DNA from: Rhodosorus marinus CCMP1338 | Lineage: Eukaryota; Plantae; Rhodophyta | DNA length: 64,000 nt | Assembly: GCA_029953675.1 (NCBI GenBank) | Contig: JAMWBK010000005.1 | Span: 2,108,001-2,172,000 of the forward strand | Direction of reading: 5' to 3' | In this document: positions 46,201 through 58,953 of the stretch, in pieces | Position numbering within the stretch: the first letter of the stretch is position 1 | Layout: every line of letters begins with the position of its first letter | Translations under genes and position numbers: made by a program | The notes under the pieces: model-generated | Seen by the model: the letters and a program-made list of their open reading frames with translations, nothing else | Told to the model about the DNA's origin: nothing | The model's database searches: none

Positions 46201-48181
46201 GAGCTCTGGATGTGCGACTCTTAAGTGGTTGGGTGTTTACCAAAACCTAGGAGGGGTATTCGTCCGAGCCGAGGCGTGTTCCGCGATATCATGATCCTCC
46301 TGGTAGAATCAGCTACACGTTTGTTAATATTCGCGTCCATCCCATATCATATCTTCTCCAAGCATATTGCGCTTGAGGAGGAAACGCAGTAGATACCCCT
46401 CTGCAAGATGGAATCTACGTTCATTTCCCTTGAGAATACATCTTCAAGTCTGCTAGGGCCAATGACGAGAAGCTTTTTAGGGTTTTTGAGAACGGATCCA
46501 GCGTCCCGGCCAACGTATCTCAAGCCTGGACTTGGGACGCGCAATTGCCTCGATTCCTGCAAAAAAATCTGTTCCGGGGGTGAAAATAAAAATCATCGTA
46601 GGGTTTTGGCTCTTCGGAATGAATTAAGACTGTGAATCCTAATCACCACTCCCAGCCAATGATATATTAATATAATTTGGATGTATGATATATATATAGA
46701 TTACTATGAAGCAATTTCTGAGTTTTCTTTGTAGACAACATGAGACGCATTTTGTTTATCGCAAAAATCAAAACGATTTCTGTTTAAATTTCCGTGCCCC
46801 CGTAGATTTGGTTAGATTATCTGCTTTAAGCAGTGGAGCTTTCTTTGGCTCTCCCCACCCCCCCCTCCTTCAACGTGGTAAAATGCCATTCGGCGTAAGA
46901 TCCACTCTTCCCTCGGCTTCTCTGCCGCCAAGCTCAACAAGAAAATCTCAAGATTGAGGAGTGGATTTTTAGCGCTGAGGATTCCCAGTGACGAAAGGGG
47001 GGTGTTGGAATGAGAAACAAAGTTTCTAGAAGATTTTTTCCTCTTTTTTCAGAATTTACGTTTTGTCCATGTCCTTGTAAAATTCGTTGTTTTCGACGGC
47101 CTTGGAAAACCCGCAGATTGATTTTCATTGAAAAAAGGACGCAGCAAGCAGCTTCGGCGGTTACCGATTTAAGAAATCGAGGATGAAAGGGGCCTATTTT
47201 GGGGGGGTTAGAGTTGATATGAAAAGTCTCGTGTTTTGGAAACTTTATGTTCAGGTTCACAATCTATTTACCTCATCCGGTCGTTTGATAGTGAAATATA
47301 CAAAACAATTCCTTAGAATTCGGCCCTTTTTATATCGGACGTATCTTCCACCCCCTATTCCCTCACGCTGGTTGCGAGTCCAATCAATTTAGTACAGAGG
47401 AACTGGGGGTTAAGTTGAACAGCGGCGCCTTCTGTTGTCCTGAAATTGACTTTAAAATATATGTATTTATTACGAAAATAGGGTTTAGGGTCGAATGAGA
47501 TCACGGAGGATTCTATTTCACCCCCCAAGCGACTGGCGAAAACAGGAAAGGAAATCGACTACTCCGCAGTAAACCAATCAAATCTTAACAAAGAGGTTCA
47601 ACTACACCCGTCACTGAACTATTGGATAAAAAATGATTCCGGAGGGTAAATAACTCCCCGAGATTCGCCGGGTCGATAGTATTCTGTTTTTTTATTTTTC
47701 CAGCCTTCCTGCCTTCACAGAACCAAAGAAATTTGTGGCTAGCTTGAAATCGCGGCTGCGATGAGCTGTTTTCTGCACCCCCGGGTTGCGATTTTGACTT
47801 GTTGTTAAAATTGGGGGGGTTCGCCATCATCTTTGGTTTTGAGTGGGATAGTGATGTTCTCAAAACCACAGCAGAATGTAAAATGGAACAAGGATGTAAC
47901 CATGTGATGCCGCCGCCGAGGGAGGAAAGAGACATATGTAGTGGGAGTCTTCACCGTGAGGTAAGTTTTTAGGTTGCGGGTGCAGTGGTGCAAGCCTTTG
48001 TATGATTGATTTCTCGGTGCTGTGGTAAACTGGAGAGAGGTCGTGGTTTGTGGGTTGTGAAGGTGAAGGGAGCACTTGGGAGGGTGAGGTCGTGAGAAGG
48101 TTTGGGAATGCTTGCGTGAAGCGCTGGAGCTAGGGTGTGCTTTCTAGAGTTTCTTGTTTTGGTTGGTTCTGTCTTACGCAA

Positions 48182-49328
48182 ATGGCTTTCGTGGGTGTTG
48201 TTGGATTTGGAAGAGGCGGAAGGGGCCCGGCTGCATGTAAAAAGGCTGTCGAGGGATCTGGAGTCACGATGAGGGCGGCGAAGATACCTGATAGCAGGGT
48301 AGCTGGTAAGGAGTATCAGAAAGGTGATCCAGAAAATGCACAGGAATATTTCAAGAGCTACGTCGCTACCCACCCGGGAGACTGGCGTATCCGCAAGCAA
48401 TGGGCGGAGTTCGAAAGCCGAAATGGTGCTTTAGACCATGCAGTAGAAATTCTGGAGAAGGCTGTAGAAGATTTCTCTTCTAGGAGCTCGCTTTGGAGTC
48501 TTCTTGCTGGCCTTGAGGAAAGATGTGGGAACCGCAAGAAGGCCGTGGTGGTCTACAAGAAGGCCATCCAGGAGGCTGGAGAGTGCTCGTGTTTGCTTCT
48601 CCCTTGGGCGGTTCTTGAAGCGGAAGTTGGCAATGTGAAGACCGCGCGTGATATTTTCAAGAAGGTTATTGAGCACAACCCAACCGATAAGTAAGAATTT
48701 CTCTTTTCAGGGAACGGAGTAATTCAGTCCTTCGTACATAGTGAACTAATTTCTTCTTTGATTTCCGGAAAACAGAAACGCATACCAGGCATGGGGATAC
48801 ATGGAATTCCACGCGGCGAACGATTTAGCGGCTGCCCGTGCAGTATTCGAGCAGGGCACGAGGTGTTGCCCAGACGCTGCCGGACTGTGGCTTGCGTGGG
48901 CACAACTCGAGGACGAGGCGGGTGACGCCAAGTTGTCTGAGCGCTACTTCTGTGAGGCGGCTATGGCGGATCCTCGCGAGGGATCAATTTGGCATGCATG
49001 GGGCTTGATGGAGGTAGGATTCGAACACATCTAGCGCTGCTTCTGTTGAAGTGAAAGTCCGACACAGGTGAAGAGGAGCTTACGCAAGTATTCGTTTTCT
49101 TGTTTATAGGAGCGACACGGTCATTTTGGTCGTGCAGAGGAACTTTTTGAGCAAGGAATTGTCGTTGCCCCAAGCAGTGGCTCGCTTTGGCTTGCCTGGG
49201 GAAAGATGATTGAGAGGAGAGGAAATGTCAAAAAGGCCCAGAAGATCTACCTTCGCGGTTGCATGCAAGACCCAACCAGCAAAGAGATTCGGCGGGCGCT
49301 CCATGAGAGCGAAACCGTTGGTGCATAG
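48182..49328 (+). CDS. Plastid-targeted HAT/TPR-repeat protein (HCF107/Mbb1-like RNA maturation factor), 3 exons
   Basis: MAFVGVVGFG transit peptide. Repeated HAT units WAEFE..G..A..I, WSLLAGLE, WAVLEAEVGNVKTARDIF, YQAWGYME, LWLAWAQLE, IWHAWGLME and LWLAWGKM. Confidence 0.8.
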
Positions 49329-50840
49329 GATGGGAGGTTGGGGAGTGTACATAGAAATGTTTAAGGACCAGGAAAGAGCTTTTCCCACTAATGTATTACT
49401 AGTAATCAGGAACTCCAGGAAAACGTAAAACTAATAAGATTCAGAAATTCCGAGAGAAGAGTTCCTTAGGCCCGATGGTTTACGGGCATCAGAATAGAAT
49501 CAGAATAGAACCCTCGAGTTCATCCGCATTCACCTTCAATCGTCGCTCACATCCCAACCAATGGAGAGGGCGTCATTGGTTCGAAAGAATAACATGCATG
49601 TGAAAATACAACCTCATGTTCGCTTCATTACCAGAGAGCAAATTTCACACGAGCGTTGCTCCAACCCCCCGGAAGAAAATTTTGTTCACATCAAGAACAA
49701 AGAAACAAGAAAAAAAGGTGAGAGAATGTGACCAGGTTGGTTTTCCCCTAGGTACCAGAATTTGTAGGAAATATACATGCCCCTCACACTGCTATTCAAA
49801 ACAAAAAGAGGTTTTTGGAAGGGCTTGAACAAACGTACTAATATGTACTAACATAGTAGACAAGTCCATTTCGGACCAGTTCATTTGGCAGGTTTTCGAC
49901 CGGCCGAAAACTGCCAAAAACAAGTCGGCTACCCGCCTTGAGTGCCCGCGAACACCTTAATTCATAGTCTTCTCTTTGTTCTGAACAAAAACGAGGTTCA
50001 TTTTAGTCGTATTGTCCTATTCATGCTAATCACTCTTTTTTTTGCCACCCGTGGCTGGCCCCTGGGGGGGATGCAAGGAGGTTTCTAGAAAGCCATTCTA
50101 AGTCAACAGCGCTTCTCATATTTCAATAGAGTTCTGGGAGGTTTGCCACTGCATCCATTCAAACCAGATTTTAAGCGTTGAATGAACATGGGAGAGTCGA
50201 CAATAGAAAAACGTTTTAAAAAAGGAGCAAGGGCCGAAAACGTCCGTTTTAGAATACCTCGGAAAATGACGCATTACTGTGCCTCCCCGACCAGCTAGTC
50301 GTGAAGCTGGCTGGGACTTACCACCTCTCTGAGGAAGAAGTGGATGAGTACTTGAGCGATGAGGGTATCTGGATGACATACATAGTCGCTGATGTTACGA
50401 TCGACCATATGAGCAAGAGGACATGGAGAGACATCGGAACTAAATGCTCACTGCATTGTGCGGAGGGGAGGAGGGGTGTTGCAGTTTTGCAATCAGTAGG
50501 TCCACTGGTTGTGATCTTCAGAGGTGCTAGTGATTTATAGTACGACATTGTACACGCGGTGGACGGAGCACTCAGCTGAAGGTTGGCAATAAGCTTTTGA
50601 ACTGTTCTAAGACGTAGGAGGTGGGTTGGTTGTGGGCGATAAGGAGGCTCGCTGAAATCCACTGAGGATCTTTTTTATGCGACCAAATAATGTTTGATTC
50701 GGGGTTGATGATCGTACCTGGTGGTTAGTGGGGAGGGAAGTTATTGTTTGAAAGTTTTGCGTGGTTGTTGAGTTTGAATCTGGGGCGGGTAGGGGGTCGA
50801 AAGGGCTTGGTGGTGGTGTGAGGGGAGGGAGGCGGGAAGT

Positions 50841-53819
50841 ATGAGCTCTGTTGCGCTTCTCCGAAGCACGTCCTTGTGTCGGACTGGTCCTGCCAGAGGA
50901 CTGCTGTCGTCACCGGTTCTACGGAGGTTTATAGAGGACGACGAGGAGAATGGATCGAGGGCAACGGATATTATTCCCGCCTCGCCGGGAAAAGGAGGCT
51001 TATCGGATCGGAAACCTAAACCGAAGAGTGGATCGTTCCCCGCGGTGCCGTTGTTTAGGCGGCCATTATTTCCTGGAGTCATTGCACCGATCGTAGTCCA
51101 AGATTCTGCTTCTTGCGAGGCGTTCGTCAAGATGCAGGAATCGGGGATCAGAGAAGCAGGACTCTTCCTCCATAAGGCAGTAGGAAAGCAGTCTTTCGCT
51201 TTAAACGAGACGGTGAATATCGAAAAAACTTCTTCCTTGAATTTTAGGCTTTCAAGTTGAAAGCCTTTGGTTTCTGATCCGTGTTCGGGACACTTTCGTC
51301 TTCCGCTTTCTCTCGAACAGCAAGGTATTTCGTTCAACAACGCATCCCAGTTGCACCGTGTTGGCGTTCTTGGTGAGATGATCCGACTCGCTCCTCGACA
51401 AAAGGGAATGGAGTTGACATTCCTGTGTCATCACCGGATCAAGTGGAAATCAGTGGCATCGAAATCGCCGCTGCTGGTGCTTAGAATGGACCCTATTATA
51501 GAGGCGCAGACGGACATTCACGCGATGTCAGTACGGGCGCTATCTCTCGGAGTTGTGGAAACTTTAAAGGAGCTCCTGCAGTCTGGAGCATTCTACAAGG
51601 AGCAACTGGAGCTACTTCTTGAGAGTGTAGATATGAACAACCCGTATCAGCTCGCAGACCTCGGCGCTTGCCTGACCACAGCTGACCCTCAGAAGCTACA
51701 GGAAGTGCTGGAGGAAATGGACCTTGAACTGAGAATGTCAAAGACCTTGAATCTCTTGAAGGCGGAGCTGGAAACCATCAAAGTGCAACGCAAGATTAAC
51801 AAGCAGATAGAGGATTCAATATCGAAAACTCAGAGGCGATTCTTCCTGATGGAGCAGCTGAAACACGTGAAGAAGGAACTAGGAATTGAGAAGGATGAAA
51901 AGGAGGCGCTAATAAGCAAATTTGCGGAGAGGCGGATTAAGAACGGGAACGGTATTCCTGACTATGTGAAGAAAGCTTACAAGGAAGAGATACAAAAGCT
52001 CAGGAGTCTAGAACCGACGGCTTCCGAGTACAGTGTGACGAGAAATTACCTTGAGTGGCTTACTCAGTTGCCGTGGGGAATGTATACAAAGGATCGCCTT
52101 GAGATCAATAGAGCGGAGAAAATCCTAGATCAAGACCATTACGGACTCAAGGATATAAAGGAGAGGATCCTCGAGTTTATCGCAGTTGGGGGCCTTCGAG
52201 GGCAAGTTCACGGCAAGATACTGCTGCTCTCTGGTCCGCCCGGAGTTGGCAAAACCAGCATCGGAAAGAGTATAGCCCGCGCTTTAAACAGAAAGTTCTT
52301 TCGATTCTCGGTGGGAGGAATGAGTGACGTGGCGGAGATCAAGGGACACCGAAGAACGTATGTCGGAGCGATGCCCGGCAAATGCCTTCAGGCACTGAAA
52401 ACCCTGCAAACTTCAAACCCTGTGATCATGATAGACGAAATCGATAAACTCGGGCGTGGTTGGCAGGGAGATCCGGCCTCTGCACTTCTCGAGGTGCTCG
52501 ATCCGGAACAGAACGGGTCGTTTGTGGATCTCTACTTGGATCTACCGGTAGACCTGTCCAAGGTTCTCTTTATATGCACTGCGAATGTTACCGATACCAT
52601 ACCCGAGCCCCTATTGGATAGGATGGAAAATATTCGGCTACCGGGTTATGTCCTAGAGGAAAAGGTCGCAATTGCAAAGAAGTACCTCTACCCTCAGGCC
52701 CTTAAGGAGTCCGGTTTGAGTAAGAAGCAGGTGACGATCAGGGAACCCGTGTTTAAGGCTTTGGCACAGAACTATTGTCGTGAGGCTGGAGTGCGAAACT
52801 TGAGAAGTACTGTGGAGAAGGTGCTCCGGAAGATAGCCCTTCAAGTGCAGAAGGGTGATAAACGCAAGGCAATAACAGTAAATAGTGCAAATCTACAGAC
52901 GTACGTTGGGAAACCCAAGTTCCAGTCTGAGAGGTTGTTCGAGGTGGCCCCCCCGGGAGTCTCAACTGGTCTTGCCTGGACATCTATGGGAGGCGCAACA
53001 CTGTACATTGAAAGCATAAAGACGGATTCGACGAAGCCCGGATTCCGAACGACTGGACAGATGGGTGATGTTATGAAGGTATGTCTAAATCCCGCGACTG
53101 GGAACTGACGCATAACACTTGTTTTCTCAACTACTGCCTTCGTTTCATCCTCGAAAACAGGAGAGCTCGGAGATCTCGTTTTCCTATGCCAAGTCTGACT
53201 TGCTGAGAAGATCTCCATCCAACGAGTTCTTTGAAAAGGCGAACCTCCACATGCATATTCCGGAGGGTGCTACTCCAAAGGTATCCTTAGGCAAGGCCGT
53301 TGTTCGTTCCTGCTTGCTCAACTTTGTACTGATGCCCTTTTCGGATGGAATCTAGGATGGACCTTCTGCAGGAGTTACCATGGTCACTTCTATGCTGTCC
53401 CTAGCACTTGGAGAACGGGTAAGTGATAATTTGGCGATGACCGGGGAGCTCACCCTAACCGGAGTAGTCCTCCCCGTTGGGGGAATTCGGGAAAAGATCA
53501 CCGCCGCGAAAAGGTACGCTGGCGCCTTCATGTTTCACAGAATGGTAGTCTGAATTCAACTCAGTCACAGATTGCCATCAACTGACTCGAAGAGCTCGCT
53601 TCTCCACTCTACCGTCTCGGACAAACCAGGAGCGGGGTCACAAAGGTCATTCTCCCCAAACTCAATGAGAAGGACTGGGACGAACTGCCGGACTTTATTA
53701 GGGAGGGAATTTCAGTCCATTTTTGTGAGAATTATGACCAGGTTTTCGATCTGGCCTTCCCGAATATAAGTTCGGAGTACCGGAAGAAGGACCAGCAGCC
53801 CATTGCCGCATCGGCTTAA
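50841..53819 (+). CDS. LON1: Mitochondrial Lon protease, multi-exon
   Basis: Mitochondrial-type presequence, [27 protein letters not shown], Walker [10 protein letters not shown], Walker [20 protein letters not shown], catalytic PKDGPSAG and GGIREK. Confidence 0.96.
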
Positions 53820-54029
53820 GTCATCTTTTGTAGAATTTTCAAACAAGCAAAGAATCCATGTTCTCCGTTTTCGTTTTTGTTAGCGTCTGCCGGGAAGCCA
53901 TTGTAAAGCAATTCTAATTGTGTGCAGATGAGTCTTAGCCAGCCTCTCCAGATCGGGGAGAACAAAACTCCAAAACACACATCGGACAGCGGGTTCCTTT
54001 GTTACAGTCAGTAGTTCCACTCTTTTACC

Positions 54030-54972
54030 CTATGTTTGAGCTCTGTTTGTCTTCGTGTCTATATCTCCAAGCCTCTCCTCAGCAATCTGCCGCATGGCTT
54101 TTCCTCTAGCTGACAGTTGGTCACCCCGTGGCAAAGTCTCTAGTAGCTCCCGGAACAGCTCCTCAGCAGCCTTGTTCTCTCCTAGATCAACGCGCACATT
54201 TGCGAGCGCAAACCTAGAGGCCACTACGTCCTCACCATCACACATCCCCTTAACGAAAGCATTCTCACGCGCTTCCGTTGCACATTTGAAGAGCTCTGCA
54301 GCGGCCTTGAGGTTGGCAATCGAGTGTTCAAGCGCACCCCACTTCATGTACGTCACCGCCATCGTAGTGAAGTTCACGTTTTCAGGATTTGTTCCGCTGA
54401 TCAGTTGCCCTACTGCCTCCTGGAGAAAGGGTTAGCGCAAGTGAATCTCCGAAGATTAGTCTCTGACCATGGCAATTGTGTTCCATTCCGAAACAGTTCT
54501 CTGCCCTAACCTTAAACATCTCACGCCCGGACTCGACATCCGATAGACGCTGCCATCTAATCTCCGCTTGCTTGGACATACAAATAGAAATCTCCTCTTT
54601 CGAATTGCTTTCATCTTCTTTGAACGCTTCGAGAGCCTGAATGTATCGAGCGTCAGCAGCCATGAAGTTTCCCTTCCGCTCATGCTTAACAGCATGTTCC
54701 AGCCAAAACATGCCACGTTCCCGCTTCTCCTTGGGTCCATGAGCATTCAGAAAAACATCTATCTTCTCCTGAAACTCTAGCACAGGCTCACTACCCTCCA
54801 CATCCCTTCCGCATGAATAGCAATCACGAACGTCCCCAACACACGCACTGCAATAAACACATTTGCAAACCAACGCGTACGTCGGCTCAAACGCTAATCC
54901 ATGACATGCTGCACATGCCATCGGATGATCCTTCTCCTTTCCAGATCCATATCCCAACGGACAGCTTGCCAT
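54030..54972 (-). CDS. NCA1: NCA1-like RING + TPR protein (catalase chaperone family)
   Basis: CPLGY..CAACHGLAFE..CKCVYCSAC..DCYSCGRDVE..FQEKIDVF...ERGMFWLEHA parallels, from memory, plant NCA1 (CPFGY..CMLC..CTHVFCKVC..DCPLCGADIE..ERGSFLVQQA). A TPR-like helical C-terminus follows. Confidence 0.75.
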
Positions 54973-56063
54973 ACTTCTTCCCTCTCCAAAAATCCCACGC
55001 ACAAAATATCTCTAACGCACCCATTCCTTCCTCTTCATCAAACAAAATCTCCGCTCTGAACTTTTACAACCTAGACGCCCAGGCACAGCTTGACCATTCA
55101 TAATAAAGACCATTGTACATCTTATTATAGAAATAGGACAATATTCATTTATAATAAATGTTAAAATATCTAAAACTATCCTCATTTGTCGTATATTTGG
55201 ACGGCAACGACCACGGTCGGTAGGGTTACGTTAGTCTGGTATGATTTAGCATTCAGCTCGGTGAAGAGCTGTGCATAGAGAGGGATCAGAATGGATCTTG
55301 TCGGTATACCATGTACCAGGTGATCCGTAGGAAACTCAGAGTAAGATACTACACATAAAAAAAGGGTCCAACACAGGCTTTGAGTCGAGACAAGGTCAGA
55401 GATGAGGAGCGCCGCAATATGGAGACGCACTAAACGGCATGCTGTGTGTCTGGGGAGGTGGTTTGATGGTGTGGAATCCGTCCGGGACTTTGAGCGGAGT
55501 TTCTTGTGAACAAGCAAGGCTAACTACCGTCATGAATATTGGCTATTTGTGGTATAAGCTGGGCGCGCTCACCTCGGAGCATTGGTAACTGGAGAAGCGC
55601 GGCCTGGGGCTCGCTCTTGAAGGGGACGAACGCATGTCAGAGGAGATCTATCACCTCCATGGATGACACCAGGTCAACTGCCTAGACATATTATCTCTGC
55701 TTCTAGTCAGTCAAAAACTGGTTCGGGTTGACCTTTTTGTGTTTTGTTATGGCGACAGTCCTGTGGATGATCCGCTAGGTGGGGGAATTGGACAATGGTT
55801 GAGATGCAGAGTGGATGAGTGTCATTCGGTTTGTGCTCTTGATAAGCTGTGGTTTACAAGATGTTTCCCTGTCGACAACGCCAAAGAGGAGCGTGTGCAG
55901 CACGAGTGGGCCAAGAAAGGGGGAGGAGAGCAGCCTGCGTCCTGGCCGGATTCAGGTTGGATGTCTAAGCGCCGTTCAGGTTATCGCCCCTTTCATCCGA
56001 GCGGACCAGCTTTCGCTAAGTTGCGGATTTTGCCAAGAATTGCGAAAATTTTCTACGTAGTAC

Positions 56064-57383
56064 TCATCGCCAGTAGTGGTAGTACACGAGAGCGAAGCCG
56101 TTGTCTTTGAAGAAATCTGTCCTCGTTTTCATTACCTGAGAGACGATGACTGCGTCTCAGCGCCACTTACAGAAGAAGCGGATTGGAACAGTGGAACTGA
56201 ACGAGAAGGTTCCAACTCACCTCCCATGCGCCAGCTCCGAAAAGGAAGTCGACGGGAAGACCTTGATGCATTAATTCCTCCCGCACGTGAAGCTTTTCCT
56301 CCATGCGATACCGCTTGAACACTCCCTCATCAATAGGAGCAGCGGTCAGAAACCAACCACGCTGAGGACATGGGGGTTCAGTCCTGCTGCCCAATGGTTG
56401 AGATTGAGCCTACTAGCTAATACGCACCTTGCGATACAGGACCTCAGGTATCATCTCTAGGTTTCCAGTCTTCTTGTCAAGGGCCTCCATTTCTTCTCGT
56501 GTCCGAGTCCCGTCCCCACTGCAGGGAACCGCCACGGCACTTATATGCGGAGCGCGCTCTCTGAAGTACCGCTCGATGAACATTGCCAGCGCGCCTATGG
56601 AGAACGAGGAAGCGCGAAAGATAATATGTTATCATCTAATCCTGACGTAGATCGTCATCGCTGTTCATGCCCCAGCCTCTCTCTACCTGAATATGAGCTA
56701 CATGCTACTTTAACTTTTGTAAAGCTGTACTCCTCCAGCTGTTCAACCAGCTCCCGCGCCAGTTGACGGCAACCTTCTTCGGCTTGTTTGTAGGCGACAG
56801 AGAGCGGGACCATGTGAAAAGAGGACAGGTCTGTAACCTCATCCGCTGTCTTGCTCGAGCCAAGAGCGCATGAAGCGGCTGATCAGATATGGTTTTGCTA
56901 TTGGGAACAGTGTCAAATGTCTTACCAAGTCATACAAGAATAGCGGATTGCCCTCTCTCTCTACCTGTCGCAGTTCCATTCCCGCCTCAAGCGCGAACTT
57001 CAGGTTTGCCACTGGTGTGCGCAGCTCATCTGGAGGCACAGGTAGTGAGTAGTAGACGAATTTTCGACCTTGCATTTTACAGACGGACGCCAGGGCAGCC
57101 ATTGAGTTAGACTGGTACGGCCCAAACGACACAATTGGCTCGCCTGCAGTATCCTTGACGATGTGGAGAAGTTTTCTGTACTTATTTCCATTGATCCGCG
57201 GGCCGAAGGTCACCAAGTCGTCCCTCTTTACGAGAACATCTCGACCGTAGATCACATGCTTCTCAAGGGGCAGTTCGTTTTGTCATTTTCAAACGCATCT
57301 TTCGCCAAGACAAAGCATGTCGAGCTAATCCTTCGGCGAAGGACATTCTCCACCGTAGCAACGTTCCTGAGACTCAGCTCCAT
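56064..57383 (-). pseudogene. Divergent ACC deaminase/D-cysteine desulfhydrase-family paralog B; frameshifted or degenerate
   Basis: Contains VKRDD and NGNKYRKL and shares intron positions with copy A. The ATG frame (MELSLRN...) stops at 57252, one base out of frame with PLEKHVIYGR, and the C-terminus stops at YYHYWR*. Confidence 0.55.
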
Positions 57384-58953
57384 GATTGCCTCTGATCATC
57401 CCTCTCTGATCCCTCTCTGCCTGAACTCAATCTCAATTTCCCAGAACTAATATATATCTAAACCCTCAAAATTCCTCTCAACCAGTTTTCATTTAGGCTA
57501 CTAGTACTAATTAGTAACTCATCGAAACTAATCTTATCATTTTGCAATGTCCCCATTTTTTGTAAGTGTACAAAGAATGTTTTCGTTAAAATTTAAGTAT
57601 GAATATGTATGAATAAGCAGGTGGGGGAGTAGGGCTCGATATACATATACTCTAATTGGGTTCGAGCACCAGAATTGATACAAGGTGTGGTCTTTGGCAT
57701 GTGTGCACGAATGTTTTACTGGATTTTGTACTGGATTGGCCCCTCGTCTAAGAGGGATTTTGTGAGACTTTTCTGTCCTCCACCCCTCGTCTTTGTTGCT
57801 TGTCCTTCGAGCGAGGTGTTGTCTAGGCGACAAGCGGAATGCCTTGTTCGCGCAGAGGCTTTAGAGGAATCGTTGTGTCGCGAATCGGCTTTTTTGAGTG
57901 CTTTAGTACCTCAGCTCTCCTTCCCTTTGTTCACGCTTCTACGCGACGGTTTTGTGACCTCTACCCTCCGAGTGGATTGTCCCTCTTACGACGTGTTCAG
58001 AGAATGGAATGAAGGCAAGAATTGGTGAAAATTGGAACTTGATAGTGCCGAAGAAGTTGAGAGTCTCGTTGCGGAATCGGTTGACGATGGTTCTACTATT
58101 TTTTCTACGGACCCCTCCCCCTCCCTTTGCCTGCGCTTCAGTGGAGATTTGTTACCTCTCCTCCGGTCCCTCACAGAAAAATATTTTCACTGATGACCCA
58201 AAGACAGCTGCTTGAGCAGCCCTGGACTTGCCCTATCCGAGTCCCGGGAGAGGCTGGTCAGATAGTGCCGTCCTTTGTGCAGTACTACACCATAAAACCT
58301 CCAACTATTGACACTCGGGTGTGGGAACCCACCACCTACTCATACCTTTCATTCATCAAAAAGCCAGTCTCCACGAATTCCTTCTCTGTCCAAGCCTAAC
58401 GAATGCTCGTGCGACTAAACACCACTAATCTAATCCAATACATAACATTGATTGAACTTAGATCCCCCTATCCGCTGTTGAATTGTTTTTAATCAAAAAC
58501 AATTTTATCTTCACTAGACTATCAGTTCCTGCTAGAATAGAATTGTGATTATTTTGAATTTGACAGACTGTCACCCTCAATTTAATGATTTTTCCATATG
58601 ATTGATCGTTGGTAGTGCCTATTCGCCAAACGGTTTTTCTCAAACTCAAGCATAATTGCACCTAGGGTCTGTGCACCTGCCATTCAGCATAGAAGCTCCT
58701 CGGCTAACCAGCTTCTCAGTTTTGGGGCCGGTTCTGCTTATTGTGCCCTTCCTCTAGTACGCTTCCAGGGCATCCCTCTATATCACCCCTCTTCCCCCGC
58801 TCTCTCCTCTTTCTGGACTTCTGAGGACGGTTTTCCGATCATACCTCTAAGCCTGCACTCCGAGCCTCTTGATACTTGTATAGTCGATTCTCCTGGATGG
58901 ACGCGTCTCTTCGTGAGCCCCTCATATCTGGTGCGCGCCGAGTTACGCATTCA

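Noticed and set aside
49489-49510. cagaatagaat tandem duplication
   Set aside because: Trivial short slippage repeat in a 3' region.
50301-50662. Overlapping 79-aa (+) and 114-aa (-) ORFs upstream of Lon
   Set aside because: No recognisable domain or clear splice model.
51177-51181. Possible GC donor in the first Lon intron
   Set aside because: A frame-compatible GT donor lies 3 nt downstream, so there is no need to invoke GC-AG.
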